Shown here: positions 48,616 to 59,538 of the stretch, piece by piece | Layout: every line of letters begins with the position of its first letter | How positions within the stretch are numbered: position 1 is the stretch's first letter | Assembly (NCBI GenBank): GCA_964624795.1 | Contig: CAZUZS010000016.1 | Span: 6,855-70,854 of the forward strand | Source of the DNA: an uncultured Calditrichaceae bacterium | GTDB taxonomy: Bacteria; Calditrichota; Calditrichia; RBG-13-44-9 | Length of the DNA stretch: 64,000 nucleotides | Direction: 5' to 3' | Notes under the pieces: model-generated | Told to the model about the DNA's origin: nothing | The model's database searches: none | Seen by the model: only the letters and a program-made list of their open reading frames with translations | Translations under genes and position numbers: made by a program

Positions 48616-50973
48616 TCAGGCATCCCCCCATTTCCAGTTCTTTATTTCCGGAATATCGTCGTCGTACCGGTCGATATAAGCCTTATGTTCGCTCAATTTT
48701 CGGGTGAACTCATCGATAACAATGCCGGCATGTGAACGCAGCCGCGGCACCCGCTTTAATGCCGCAATGGCCAGGTGGAAGCGGCTGATTTTGTTCAAGA
48801 CCCGCATATCGAACGGGGTCGTCGTCCGGCCTTCCTCTATGTAACCATGAACATGGAAGCGTTGCGGGTTGGCCCGGTGATGCACCAGCTCATGGATGAC
48901 CCTCGGATAACCATGAAATGCAAAAATCACCGGTTTGTCCGTGGTAAAGATCTGTTCGAAGGCGTCCTCATCCAATCCGTGAGGATGGTCCCGATGGGAA
49001 ATAAGTGTAAAAAGATCCACAACATTAATCAGCCGGACTCGCAATTCCGGTAGCTGCTGTCGAAGCAGCCAGGTGGCGGCTACGGATTCTTCAGTTGGTA
49101 CATCGCCAGCGGAAGCCATTATTACATCGGGATTTCCCTCATCATTGCTGCCCCACTCCCACACCGAAACTCCGCGTGCACAGTGTTTTATGGCTTCATT
49201 CATACTCAGATATTGCGGGTTCATCTGTTTTGATGCGACGATGAGGTTCACATAATCCTTGCTTTTCAGGCAGTGATCTGCAACGGAAAGCAGACAGTTC
49301 GCATCCGGTGGCAGGTAAATCCGGGCGACCGAGCTTTTTTTATTCACAATATTGTCGATGAAGCTGGGAACCTGGTGGGTGTAACCGTTGTGATCCTGCC
49401 TCCAAACATGGGAGGTAAGCAGGTAATTCAAAGAAGCAAGCGGATTGCGCCACGGGATTTCCCGGGAAACTTTCAGCCATTTTGCATACTGGTTGAGCAT
49501 GGAATCGATTATGGGGATGAAAGCCTCATAGCAGGCAAACAATCCATGGCGCCCGGTAAGTAAATATCCTTCCAGCCAGCCTTCGCAGGTGTGTTCGCTC
49601 AGGATTTCCATGACCCGTCCATCGCGTGCAAGGAATTCGTCGGTTTCCACCAGCGGCCACATAAATGCTCTCTGTGTCGCTTCAAAAATATGCTCCATAC
49701 GGTTGGATGTGGTTTCATCGGGACAGAAAAAGCGGAAGTTCTTTTCCTCTTCATTGTTTCGAAACACATCACGGATGAACTTGCCCAGCTCCCGTGTGCC
49801 CTCTACGCGTATCGCCGCCGGCCCCCGCACATTCAGTGCGTAATCTTTGAAGTCGGGCAGTTGCAGCGGCTTCAGAATCCGGCCGCCGTTGGCGTGCGGA
49901 TTCATGCCGATGCGCCGCTCACCCTCCGGGCAAACGTCAATAATCTCCTGTGAAGGCTGTCCGTCTGAATCAAATAGTTGATGCGGTTTGTAGCTGCGCA
50001 GCCAGGATTCCAGCGCCTCAAGGTGTTTGGGATTGTGCGCCGGATCAGGGATCGGGATCTGGTGGGAATGAAATGTTCCTTCAACTGGTTTTCCGTCCAG
50101 AGTTTTGGGACCGGTCCATCCTTTGGGGGTGCGGAGAATGATCATCGGCCACATGGGACGATCCGGCATCTTTCCTGAGCGGGCTTTGGTCTGCAGCGCC
50201 CTGATCTCGGAATATGCCCAATCCATGGTTTTCCACATCGCCGGATGAACGGCATCAGGATCTTCGCTGGTAACGATTCGCACCTGGTAGCCGTAGCCGC
50301 TAAACATGTTCTCCAATTCCTCGTCCGTCATCCGGCCCATAAGGGCGGGGCCTGATAGTTTGTAACCGTTTAGATGAAGAATTGGGAGAACGGCGCCGGA
50401 ACTTGCCGGGTTCAGAAATTTCCCCGAATGCCACGCGGCAGCCAGCGGACCGGTTTCCGCTTCCCCGTCTCCCACAATGCAGGCGACAATTAAATCCGGA
50501 TTATCCAGCGCCGCCCCGAAGGCATGGCTCAGGCTGTAGCCCAGCTCTCCGCCCTCATGGATCATACCCGGGGTTCCGGGAAAGAGATGGCTGGGCATGC
50601 CGGTTGGAGTTGAAAATTGCCGGACGAATCGCGTAAGCCCATCCAAACCGAATTTTAAATCCGGGTAAAATTCACCAAGGGTGCCCTCAAGATAGAGGTT
50701 GGACAGTATTCCCGGCGCACCATGCCCGGGACCTACGATCAGCATTACGGAGGCGTCTTCATCCTGAATCAATCGGTTTAAATGGGTGTAAATCAGATTT
50801 AGGCCGGGCTGTGTTCCCCAGTGCCCAAGCAGTCGCGGCTTGATGTGTTCCGGTTTCAGCGGGGCCAGCAGCAACGGATTGTCGGTAAGGTAAAGCTGTG
50901 CCGCGCCTAGGTAATTTGTTGCGTTCCAGTAGCGATGAAGCTTCTGTAAACGCTCTTGTGTAATTTCTTTCAT
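48616..50973 (-). CDS. xfp: Xylulose-5-P/fructose-6-P phosphoketolase
   Basis: LLGHWGT, GPGHG, HEGGELGY, GDGEAETG, PDET.SNR, LSEH and WRQDHNGYTHQ motifs. Start at MKEITQ behind GGAGG; the track extension to 51474 overlaps the ATPase gene and is spurious. Confidence 0.93.
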   Translation of the reverse strand: MKEITQERLQKLHRYWNATNYLGAAQLYLTDNPLLLAPLKPEHIKPRLLGHWGTQPGLNLIYTHLNRLIQDEDASVMLIVGPGHGAPGILSNLYLEGTLGEFYPDLKFGLDGLTRFVRQFSTPTGMPSHLFPGTPGMIHEGGELGYSLSHAFGAALDNPDLIVACIVGDGEAETGPLAAAWHSGKFLNPASSGAVLPILHLNGYKLSGPALMGRMTDEELENMFSGYGYQVRIVTSEDPDAVHPAMWKTMDWAYSEIRALQTKARSGKMPDRPMWPMIILRTPKGWTGPKTLDGKPVEGTFHSHQIPIPDPAHNPKHLEALESWLRSYKPHQLFDSDGQPSQEIIDVCPEGERRIGMNPHANGGRILKPLQLPDFKDYALNVRGPAAIRVEGTRELGKFIRDVFRNNEEEKNFRFFCPDETTSNRMEHIFEATQRAFMWPLVETDEFLARDGRVMEILSEHTCEGWLEGYLLTGRHGLFACYEAFIPIIDSMLNQYAKWLKVSREIPWRNPLASLNYLLTSHVWRQDHNGYTHQVPSFIDNIVNKKSSVARIYLPPDANCLLSVADHCLKSKDYVNLIVASKQMNPQYLSMNEAIKHCARGVSVWEWGSNDEGNPDVIMASAGDVPTEESVAATWLLRQQLPELRVRLINVVDLFTLISHRDHPHGLDEDAFEQIFTTDKPVIFAFHGYPRVIHELVHHRANPQRFHVHGYIEEGRTTTPFDMRVLNKISRFHLAIAALKRVPRLRSHAGIVIDEFTRKLSEHKAYIDRYDDDIPEIKNWKWGDA

Positions 50974-51014
50974 AATTTCCTCCTTCTCCACTAACTCTGA
51001 ATTCCTCTCCCGCT

Positions 51015-53519
51015 TTATGGCGTTGCATGAGAGTGAAGGGATGTTTGCACCCTTCCAAGAAACTTTCGGTGGTGTTTGCCACTCAAGTCGAGGTGCCTGT
51101 AAACATGCAATTTTGCCCAGTCCTCGATGAACGCCCATACAATGCAGTATCCCCAGACAAATGCAATTAATTCCCAGGGGATTTTTGCCATCAAAAAACC
51201 AAAGCCCACAATCAGCGCCGCAACTGTCTGGGTCAGAAAGATGGCGACCAGCAAAATGGTGGCGGGGTAAGGTTTGGTGACGAACGATTTCCGGCTGCGG
51301 ACGACAAAAAGCGTCATGTGTCCGGCTACAGCCAGCTTGAGATAAACCAAAGATTGCAGCGGCGGCCCGTCCATTTTCAGCAGCAACTTGCCGATGAGCA
51401 AGAGTCCGAATGTTTCGGCCACCCCAATCAAACCCAGCACGGTGGCGACCGTGATGACGCGCCGCATATTCCATTTAACAGGTTGCGGATCCAGCCAGGT
51501 GTTGTCGTATGCGATGGTCATAATGGGCAAATCGTTGAGCAGCGCCAGAAGAATAATCATCACGGTGGTGATGGGATAAAAATTGAAAACCACCATAGCC
51601 AGCACCACAAAAAACATGATGCGAATGGTCTCAGTAATTCGGTAAATAGCGTAACTGTTCATTCGTTCAAAAATGCGGCGTGCTTCTTCCACCGCCCGTA
51701 TGATGACCGATAATCCAGGGGCGGTAAGCACCAGGGAGGCTGCTGCCTGTGCGGCATTGGTTGCACCCGATACCGCGATCCCGACATCGGCTTGCTTTAG
51801 GGCCGGCGCATCATTGACGCCATCGCCGGTCATCGCCACCAGGTGCCCGCGGCTTTGCAGCGCTTTAACGATATCGTATTTGTGCTCCGGAAAAACCTGG
51901 GCGAAACCGTCTGCTTTTTCTATTTCAGTAATCGCCCGTCCGGATAAATTGTCAACATCCTCCTCTTCGGAAAAGATTTTATCTGCAGGCTGAATGTCGG
52001 ACTGTAAACCAAGCTGCCTGGAAATTTCCCTGCCGATAGCAACGTTGTCGCCGGTTACCATCTTTACGTGGATACCATGTTCTTCGGCGCGCCGGATGGT
52101 TTCTTTGGAATCTTCACGCGGCGGATCGTAAAGCGGAAGAATGCCCAGGAATTGCCACCGACCCTCCTCCTTCTCTGCCCTTGCAACACCCAATGTACGA
52201 TAACCCTTTGCGGCCAAATCATTTACTGTTTTGTCGGCTTTTGTTTGATCTTTTTCGTTTAGCCGGCAGAGGCCCATAATTACCTGCGGCGCCCCTTTTG
52301 CGACGATAAATGTTCCGCCGCTATTGTCTTTTATTGTTGCTTCGGTGCGCTTGCGATTGGGGTCGAACGGCACAAATTTTAATTGTTGATACGATTTGAG
52401 AATATCAGGAGTAGTAAGTCCGCCGATTACTGCCTGATCGATGGCGTCGCGATCTTCCTCCTTGGAAGCCAGCGCGGCGGCGAGGATTAACTCCCCCTCG
52501 TCTTTTGCACTAAAGGTTACCGGATCTCCCAGGGTCAGCTTATTCTGTGTCAAGGTACCGGTTTTATCGGAGCAGAGAATGTCGATACCTGCAATTTCTT
52601 CGATGGATTGCAGCCGGGAGACGATCGCCTTCATGCGCGAAAGCACCAGCGCCCCCAGGGCCATGGTAACCGACAAAACGGCCGGCATGGCAACAGGAAT
52701 GGCAGCTACGACCAGGATGAGAACAAATTGAAAAATGGTAAGGAAAGCGTCTCCTCGCACCAGTTGGGCCAGCACCAGAAAGATCGCCAGCCCCAGGCTG
52801 ATGTAGATCAAATAATCACCAATTGTCAGCACCGCTTTCTGAAAGTGCGACACCGCTCCGGCACTCTCCACCAATTTTGCAGTGCGGGCAAAGTATGTGT
52901 TCTCTCCCGTTCCGGCCACCAGCGAAACCATTTCTCCCTGTTTGATAGCGGAACCGGAATAGGCAAGATCGTTGATTTTTTTCTCCACAGGGAGCGATTC
53001 GCCGGTAAGGGCGGATTGATCTACCATGAGGTAATCCCCATCGATAAGCTTGACATCGGCGGGCACAATGTCTCCCAGGCGGAGGCGGATCACGTCACCG
53101 GGAACCAGCTCGCCGGCCGCAATCTCCCGCCATTTTCCGTCCCGCAGAACACGCGCTTTAAGGGCAAGCTCATTTTTCAGTGCTTCCAACGCATTGGAAG
53201 CCTGGAATTCCTGCCAGAAACCCACTATTGCATTAAAGACCAGAAGAATTGAGATAATAATGAAATCCGTCCAGTGTTGGACAACAAGGGAGAGGATTGC
53301 CGCAACCTCGATCATCCAGGGAATTGGTCCCCAAAAGTAACCAAGAAATTTAAGTAAAGGATTTTGTTTCTTTTCTACGATAGCGTTCGGCCCGTATTGC
53401 GTCAGCCGCTTTTGTGCTTCTTCGCTGTTCAATCCCTCCGGGCTGGCGGCGAGAGTCTTAAAAAGTGTTTCTTTGCTTTCTTTTTGTGCTTGTTCGCTGG
53501 TAATAATGTTTGTATCCAT
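51015..53519 (-). CDS. P-type H+-exporting ATPase (P3A/PMA1-like)
   Basis: LTGES, AAIPVAMPAVLSVTMALGA, CSDKTGTLT, KGAPQVI, MVTGDN, FAQVFPEHK and TGDGVNDAP motifs. Confidence 0.9.
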   Translation of the reverse strand: MDTNIITSEQAQKESKETLFKTLAASPEGLNSEEAQKRLTQYGPNAIVEKKQNPLLKFLGYFWGPIPWMIEVAAILSLVVQHWTDFIIISILLVFNAIVGFWQEFQASNALEALKNELALKARVLRDGKWREIAAGELVPGDVIRLRLGDIVPADVKLIDGDYLMVDQSALTGESLPVEKKINDLAYSGSAIKQGEMVSLVAGTGENTYFARTAKLVESAGAVSHFQKAVLTIGDYLIYISLGLAIFLVLAQLVRGDAFLTIFQFVLILVVAAIPVAMPAVLSVTMALGALVLSRMKAIVSRLQSIEEIAGIDILCSDKTGTLTQNKLTLGDPVTFSAKDEGELILAAALASKEEDRDAIDQAVIGGLTTPDILKSYQQLKFVPFDPNRKRTEATIKDNSGGTFIVAKGAPQVIMGLCRLNEKDQTKADKTVNDLAAKGYRTLGVARAEKEEGRWQFLGILPLYDPPREDSKETIRRAEEHGIHVKMVTGDNVAIGREISRQLGLQSDIQPADKIFSEEEDVDNLSGRAITEIEKADGFAQVFPEHKYDIVKALQSRGHLVAMTGDGVNDAPALKQADVGIAVSGATNAAQAAASLVLTAPGLSVIIRAVEEARRIFERMNSYAIYRITETIRIMFFVVLAMVVFNFYPITTVMIILLALLNDLPIMTIAYDNTWLDPQPVKWNMRRVITVATVLGLIGVAETFGLLLIGKLLLKMDGPPLQSLVYLKLAVAGHMTLFVVRSRKSFVTKPYPATILLVAIFLTQTVAALIVGFGFLMAKIPWELIAFVWGYCIVWAFIEDWAKLHVYRHLDLSGKHHRKFLGRVQTSLHSHATP

Positions 53520-53626
53520 TATTCTGTCCCGGACCCAAATTGGGTCAAGTTTTTTGATCCGCCGACAGGGAATCGCTGTTGGTCGATAAAGTGTTCATTA
53601 TCTTTTGCGCAAAAGTCGTTTGCGGA

Positions 53627-55054
53627 TCATGTTGTTTCATTTATTTCCTCCAGGGCACCGGATCCTCTGCGGTTTGCATACGATGCCGCCTGCCTTGATT
53701 TCAAACCAAGCGATGCCAACAGACCGATGCCGGCCACGATGGCTACCATCAGGAAGATTTCATGAAATCCGTGCAAGCCGGTGGGATTTGAAGCGAAGAA
53801 TGCCCCGGCCAAAGCGGTACCCGTCATTAATCCGAAACTGCCGGCCAGGCTTACCAGACCTTGTGCGGATGCCCGCTCCAAATCGTTGGTTTGGGAAAGC
53901 ACTACATAGCGAACCGGCGCTCCCAACAGCGCGCTGAGACCAATTCCCAGCACAACCTGGTAGCCGATAAAAGTCCAGATGCTAAATGCTTCTATCAATA
54001 GGAATGCACCGAGAGCGGTAAAAAATGTCCCGATCAGCAATACAATCCGGACGCCGGCCTTGTCGATCAGCATGCCCATCGGCCCGGTAAATAAGAATAG
54101 TGTGAGCGCAATCGCCAACATTAGCGATCCGGCGGAGCCGACCCCGATATTTAATGCTTTCATGGCATAGAATGGCAGGAATACCATGCCGGCTTCGGTA
54201 ATTCCACCTACGAAGCCTAAAAATATTCCGATGTCCAGTTGCTTTTTGGAAAAGAGATTGAGCGAAATTATTGGCGCTTTGGGATGACGTTCCACATTGG
54301 CGAAACCGATAAGAAGAATAATAGCGGCGGCCAGCCAGGGCCAAACTTTCAGACTACTGATGCTGCGCAACAAATCTGAACTCTGCAACTGGTTAAGGCC
54401 GTAGGCAAGGCTTGCCAGACCCGCTCCCAGCAATATCATTCCGGAAATGTCCAGCGGATGTTCATGAACACCGGCATCGAGGGGAAGTGCCCGCCACGCA
54501 AAAATTAAAAGGAACACGGCGATGGGAATATTCAAGAAAAATATTGCCTCCCAGCTGAACCACTGGGTAAGCCAGCCGCCCAGCGGCGGGCCGAAAATAC
54601 CGGCGGCCCCCCATACCAAGCCCACAAAGCCCAGCGCCATCCCCCTCCGTTCTTCCTGAATATTTTCGCCGATTACAGTAGTGGCGATGGGGAAAAGGCC
54701 GCCCGCGCCCATTGCCTGAATCCCCCTTCCTGCCAGCAGAAAACCAAAACTCCCAGAAAATGCTGCCCACAACGAGCCTAATCCGAAGATGGCCACATTT
54801 GCCATGAATATTCTCTTGCGCCCATAACGATCCGACAACGCGCTCATTAGAGGAGTAGAGACCACATAAACCAGGATGTAGAGCGTAATTATCCACGGGA
54901 TTTGCCTTTGGCTCATCGACAGGCTTTTGGCAATAATGGGAATGGCAGGAGCGACAATGGAAATATCCAGGGCGCCCATGAATACGCCCACCATCAGAGA
55001 AATCAAAATGCCCCACTGTTTGCGGGTAATTGTGATTTTTTCCTTTTCCGCCAC
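53627..55054 (-). CDS. MFS transporter (DHA2-like, 14 TM)
   Basis: MGALDISIV, SDRYGRK, GRGIQAMGAGG and GPPLGG motifs. Confidence 0.88.
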   Translation of the reverse strand: MAEKEKITITRKQWGILISLMVGVFMGALDISIVAPAIPIIAKSLSMSQRQIPWIITLYILVYVVSTPLMSALSDRYGRKRIFMANVAIFGLGSLWAAFSGSFGFLLAGRGIQAMGAGGLFPIATTVIGENIQEERRGMALGFVGLVWGAAGIFGPPLGGWLTQWFSWEAIFFLNIPIAVFLLIFAWRALPLDAGVHEHPLDISGMILLGAGLASLAYGLNQLQSSDLLRSISSLKVWPWLAAAIILLIGFANVERHPKAPIISLNLFSKKQLDIGIFLGFVGGITEAGMVFLPFYAMKALNIGVGSAGSLMLAIALTLFLFTGPMGMLIDKAGVRIVLLIGTFFTALGAFLLIEAFSIWTFIGYQVVLGIGLSALLGAPVRYVVLSQTNDLERASAQGLVSLAGSFGLMTGTALAGAFFASNPTGLHGFHEIFLMVAIVAGIGLLASLGLKSRQAASYANRRGSGALEEINETT

Positions 55055-55435
55055 GATTTTCCCCGCCCCGTCAATTCACATTTGCAAAATGATTCATTAT
55101 CCAACCATAAGAATTATGTATTTCAGTATAGGGGGCCAGTGATAAAGGTTTAAAGGAATGGGCCTTTAAAATCCCCCCCAAACTACCTTTAATAATTTAG
55201 GAAGGATTATGAAGATTTTATGAAAACCTGCTGGATGTACTAAGGAATGAAATCGGGATTCTGATTTGCGATAATAAGAAAAATCAGGTCGGAGAGTGTC
55301 CTGCGGTACGACTAAAATCTTTTTTTCATTAAGATCAGTCCTCATGGAGAAGAAATGTTCATGGTAAGCTCGTTTCCCTTGATAAATGAGTGCTGCGAAC
55401 ATTTTTGCATCCCGGGCATTGGCTTATTTCGATCT

Positions 55436-56161
55436 TTAGAAAAACAGAGACGGTTTTGCCTTGAAAATGGGCACCAGGACAATGCCGATGAAATCCTGCA
55501 AAAAGTGCATCACCATCGGCGCCACCAGGCTCCTTCTCCAGAGGTAAACAACGGCGAACACCAATCCCATAAATCCGACGGTAAGCACACCGGCAGTACC
55601 CTCGTAGCCATGACCCAGCGAGAAAATAAAAGCGGAAAGGAATACCGCAGCAGTCATATTGGAGGTAATATTTTCCAGCCGCAGGATCAGGTACCCGCGA
55701 AAAATGGTTTCCTCCGAAAAGGCAACAATTACCACCAGAATGAAGCCCAGAATGGACTCCGGGATACCGCCCGTTGCTTCCAGCGACGGGAGCGGGGTGG
55801 CGGGCGAAGAAAAGCCAACGTTAATCAAAACACTTTCCAAAATGCCTGCGGCGTAAAACATCGGAACAAAGAGGATGATGCCGATGATTGCTTCCTGCCA
55901 GAAATTTTCAAATTGCCAGCCAAGCAATTTGGTGGGTTCACCATTTCGCCACAGAAAAAACAGGATAAGGCTAACCAGGGCCAGGTCCCTTAAAATGGTG
56001 GATACCGCCACCAGGACAAAGCTTAAGGTGCCTTGCTTCACAGCAAAAAATGATAGTGCCATTGATGGAAAAATGAGAAATAAAAAAACCAGAAGTTCAA
56101 TAAGTTGCGCTTTTTGAGAGGGCGATTTCAGTTGTGTGGTGCCGTTTACATTCTCTGACAT
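55436..56161 (-). CDS. CPBP/Abi (CAAX-protease-like) intramembrane metalloprotease
   Basis: SEETIFRGY, FSLGHGY and MVMHFLQD motifs. Confidence 0.88.
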   Translation of the reverse strand: MSENVNGTTQLKSPSQKAQLIELLVFLFLIFPSMALSFFAVKQGTLSFVLVAVSTILRDLALVSLILFFLWRNGEPTKLLGWQFENFWQEAIIGIILFVPMFYAAGILESVLINVGFSSPATPLPSLEATGGIPESILGFILVVIVAFSEETIFRGYLILRLENITSNMTAAVFLSAFIFSLGHGYEGTAGVLTVGFMGLVFAVVYLWRRSLVAPMVMHFLQDFIGIVLVPIFKAKPSLFF

Positions 56162-56186
56162 ATTTGACTCCCTTGGTTGCTATGGA

Positions 56187-57734
56187 TTAATTCTCTAGCG
56201 CCGATTGATAAAAACCGGCGACATCTTTTGTCAATTGCTTCAGCGAAGCCGGGTCATTGTAAATCTGGTGCCCTGAAAAATAAACATGATGGATAAGGTT
56301 TTTTTGCAATTGCGGATTAATTCCAAGATGATCGTAAGAATACATTTGCGAAAGAAACGGCGTGGTAAGATCATAATAACCGGAGCCGGTGAAAACTTTC
56401 AAGTGGTTGTTCTGGGTCATTGCTTCCGCCAGTCTGCCGCCCATACTCAGGTAGCCCTGTCCGCCGATATCCCATTTCCACCCCTCATTAACGCTCATCG
56501 ATAAAAACTCGTAAGGCTTATCGGTGAAGAATTTCAGATCATTTCTTATATATTCATTGAAAGGGGCAACAAAGGGCCCGGTTACCAGGAACATGGCGGG
56601 ATCGAACCGTTCATATTCGGCAGTTGGCGAAATAGAGTAACTTTTTACCCGACTGTCCAGCAAACCCAGCGACTGCCCGTCATTCCGTAGCAGCTCCTTG
56701 ATGAACCGGTAGGTGCTGATGCGCAGATTGCTGTTCCGGATATATGATTCGGAAAGCCCAGTGTACATGGCCAGCTTTTTAGTAATGGCGGTTCTTTCCG
56801 AATCCGCCAATTGATCTCCCCTCCCCAACGCGGCCACATAGCTGTTCGAAGCCCATTTTCGCACTTCGTTTATCGTCTTTTGAAAATCGGCTTGCGGGCC
56901 TGAGGAAAGCTTTTTGTGATAGTAGGCAGCTGCGGAGAGGGATGGCAAAGCCAGCCAGTAGGCAAGGTCGTTGCCATGCCCATATACAAATGCCTGGAAA
57001 TTTAAAGCCGACGAGAGCATCACCAGCCCTTTCAGGTTGATGCCCATCTCAATTTGCAGATATTTGGCCAGTCCCGCGGCGCGGGTGGTTCCGTAACTTT
57101 CTCCGGCAATAAATTTAGGGGACATCCAATTCCGGTATTTGGTAATATAAAGCCGAATAAAGCGGGCATTGGACTGAATATCGCCATCCACATTGTAGAA
57201 TTTGTCGGGATTTACTCCCCGGAATGCGCGGCTGTACCCGGTGCCCACCGGATCGACAAATACCAGATCTGTAAAATCCAGCCAGGTGTACTCGTTGTCA
57301 ATCAGCTTATCCGATTTTGGCAATTCGGTTCCGGCCTCTGCCAGAATCACCCGTTTGGGTCCCAGCGCACCCAGGTGCAGCCAGATGGAGGAAGCGCCCG
57401 GCCCGCCGTTGAAAGCAAATGTGAGGGGGCCGTTCGCCGCCTCGCTCTTACCTTCTTTTTTGTAGGCAACAAAGAATATTTTTGCTTCCATTTTGCCGGA
57501 GTCATCTTGCAGTGGGATAAATCCGGCAGTAGCAGTATAATTTAATGTTTTTCCGTTAATTGAAATTGAGTGATGCGTAACGACCGGTTCCTCTACTGCT
57601 GCCTCTTTTGCTGGTACCTCCGCATTTGTTTTCGCGGAAGCGGCCGACTTGTTTTGAGCGACGAGCTTAGTCGAAAAACTTACGCTTAATAAAATTGTAA
57701 TAATGATAAATCCGTCCAATACCATTCGTCTCAC
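56187..57734 (-). CDS. Peptidase S10 family serine carboxypeptidase, secreted
   Basis: FNGGPGASS, DPVGTGYS, GESYG nucleophile, GYYDL and SGHQIY motifs. Confidence 0.9.
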   Translation of the reverse strand: MRRMVLDGFIIITILLSVSFSTKLVAQNKSAASAKTNAEVPAKEAAVEEPVVTHHSISINGKTLNYTATAGFIPLQDDSGKMEAKIFFVAYKKEGKSEAANGPLTFAFNGGPGASSIWLHLGALGPKRVILAEAGTELPKSDKLIDNEYTWLDFTDLVFVDPVGTGYSRAFRGVNPDKFYNVDGDIQSNARFIRLYITKYRNWMSPKFIAGESYGTTRAAGLAKYLQIEMGINLKGLVMLSSALNFQAFVYGHGNDLAYWLALPSLSAAAYYHKKLSSGPQADFQKTINEVRKWASNSYVAALGRGDQLADSERTAITKKLAMYTGLSESYIRNSNLRISTYRFIKELLRNDGQSLGLLDSRVKSYSISPTAEYERFDPAMFLVTGPFVAPFNEYIRNDLKFFTDKPYEFLSMSVNEGWKWDIGGQGYLSMGGRLAEAMTQNNHLKVFTGSGYYDLTTPFLSQMYSYDHLGINPQLQKNLIHHVYFSGHQIYNDPASLKQLTKDVAGFYQSALEN

Positions 57735-57871
57735 GGGAATCCCCCAATTTTTTGTTAGCTACAAAAAAGTCAAAATGCGAATACGATTAAGAAACGGTTG
57801 TCCACATAACTGCCGTTCAGCAAATTCCTGAAATCCTCGATGGCAAAATATTGGTGAACCGGAAGGTGCTA

Positions 57872-59473
57872 TCATTCTCCGGGCAGCGCAAATGCCGAAA
57901 GTTGGCTATCCCCATCCGTAATATACAGGACGCCATTGGCAACAATCGGGCTTTGCCAGTGTATCGCGCCAATGTCGGAATTGCGCCACAACTCTTTGCC
58001 GTTTTCGGGATCGAGTGCCCGTACTGTGTAATTGAAAGCATAAAATAGAACGCTGTTGGCAATAATGGGCGATGTTCCGCCGGTGGCATCTTGCCAGATT
58101 ATTTGCAGGTTCGGGATGCCGTTCGAATAGACCAGCTTAAAAGCTGAAATGCCATTGGAATTTGCAATGAATATCCAAGTGGTACCATCCTTGGGATTTA
58201 CCCAGACGGCGGGCTGTGTCAAGACCGGGCCGCCCTGCGGAATGCCCATCTCGGCTATCTCACCACCGGCAAGCCCCACCGCATTTTGTCCGCTCATATT
58301 GTCCAGATTAATCAATCGAACCTGACCGTCCTTTCCGCTTTGCAGCGCAAGATGCCTGATTTTATTCTCCGGTGAAACCGGCAGAATGGCTGGGGCTGTG
58401 CTGCCCAGGTCGAGATCAAATTTTTGCAGCTCCATGAAATTGGTTGGCGTGTAACTATCCAGTGGATCGCCGTTTGAACCGGTGCCATCGGGATTAAGAG
58501 AGAAAACCGTATCTCCCCAATTATGGTTTAGCGGATCAAAAGGGCCATTCCCGGTCGCCATATAAATTCTGTTTGTTCCCTTATCATACACTACACCGGC
58601 CCGCGCCCAGATCCCGGAGCGCCGGGCGGGACAGTCCGTCTGCCCCTTGCTGGAGTCAAAATGAACGGCCTGATTGCTACAGTTTGCATTGAAAACATTC
58701 TGGCCATCAGTTGCGAGATTGATTGCCGTAACGTGTCCCTGGTAATCCCCCCGGTCCCCAAGATAGCCGCTGTTTGCGACATATAGATAGGTGCTGTCTT
58801 GTGGCGTGGTGGCTATACTCAACGCTGAAGATCCCTTCTCATCCCACGGTTTCAAAGTGACCGTTTGCGGCCAGCGAGTGTTGATGATTTCATTCCCATC
58901 ATAAACCTTGTGTTTGTGCACATTCCCATCCAGGCCGTAACGATATATGTACTGTCCGTTGGGGCCGATGGCGGGGGAGGAGGTTGTGTAGCACGGCTCG
59001 TTTCCATTGTTGATATAACAGGTATCGGGAGAAATATTGGGCTGTGCCCAAATCAGATTCCCGCTGTGTGCATCGTAAGCGTAGATGTGGCCGGCCTTGG
59101 TGGTGACAAACAGAACATCTTTCTTCCCGGCAATGGTATTTGCTCCGCTCAAATATACCGGTGCCCCATCCGAAACATCATCCAAGGTGATCTGAAAAAT
59201 CCGGTGCAGTTTGCTCACGTTCTCAGCAGAGAGCCTTTTTTCGGCGGTGTTGTTGCCGCTATGCTGCGCATCGAAATTAAACTGCATCCAATCGTAGCTG
59301 CCGGCTGCAGTCTTCATTTGTTGGTTGTAAATCATTTTCGCGGCATCCTGCCCGAATGATGGCAGCGACATGGCAAGAATAATGATCAATGCAAATAAGC
59401 AATAATTACGAAAGCGGCTATATTTAGATTTGTATTTGTTGTAGTTCTGCAAATTCCGGGTACCGTTCTTCAT
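57872..59473 (-). CDS. Secreted PQQ-like beta-propeller repeat protein
   Basis: Signal peptide; YAYDAHSGNLIW, ALDPENGKELW and SPIVANG repeats; paired Cys residues. Confidence 0.75.
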   Translation of the reverse strand: MKNGTRNLQNYNKYKSKYSRFRNYCLFALIIILAMSLPSFGQDAAKMIYNQQMKTAAGSYDWMQFNFDAQHSGNNTAEKRLSAENVSKLHRIFQITLDDVSDGAPVYLSGANTIAGKKDVLFVTTKAGHIYAYDAHSGNLIWAQPNISPDTCYINNGNEPCYTTSSPAIGPNGQYIYRYGLDGNVHKHKVYDGNEIINTRWPQTVTLKPWDEKGSSALSIATTPQDSTYLYVANSGYLGDRGDYQGHVTAINLATDGQNVFNANCSNQAVHFDSSKGQTDCPARRSGIWARAGVVYDKGTNRIYMATGNGPFDPLNHNWGDTVFSLNPDGTGSNGDPLDSYTPTNFMELQKFDLDLGSTAPAILPVSPENKIRHLALQSGKDGQVRLINLDNMSGQNAVGLAGGEIAEMGIPQGGPVLTQPAVWVNPKDGTTWIFIANSNGISAFKLVYSNGIPNLQIIWQDATGGTSPIIANSVLFYAFNYTVRALDPENGKELWRNSDIGAIHWQSPIVANGVLYITDGDSQLSAFALPGE

Positions 59474-59538
59474 GTTGTCCTCACCAATTTGTTTTGGATT
59501 GTTGTCACTGTTTCTTCATTAATCGTGGGTCCGGGGAG

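Noticed and set aside
50974-51474. 168-aa N-terminal extension of phosphoketolase in the ORF track
   Set aside because: It overlaps the ATPase coding region in another frame; a strong RBS precedes MKEITQ at 50973.
55166-55402. 78-aa ORF between the CPBP and MFS genes
   Set aside because: AT-rich, no motif, no RBS recognised.
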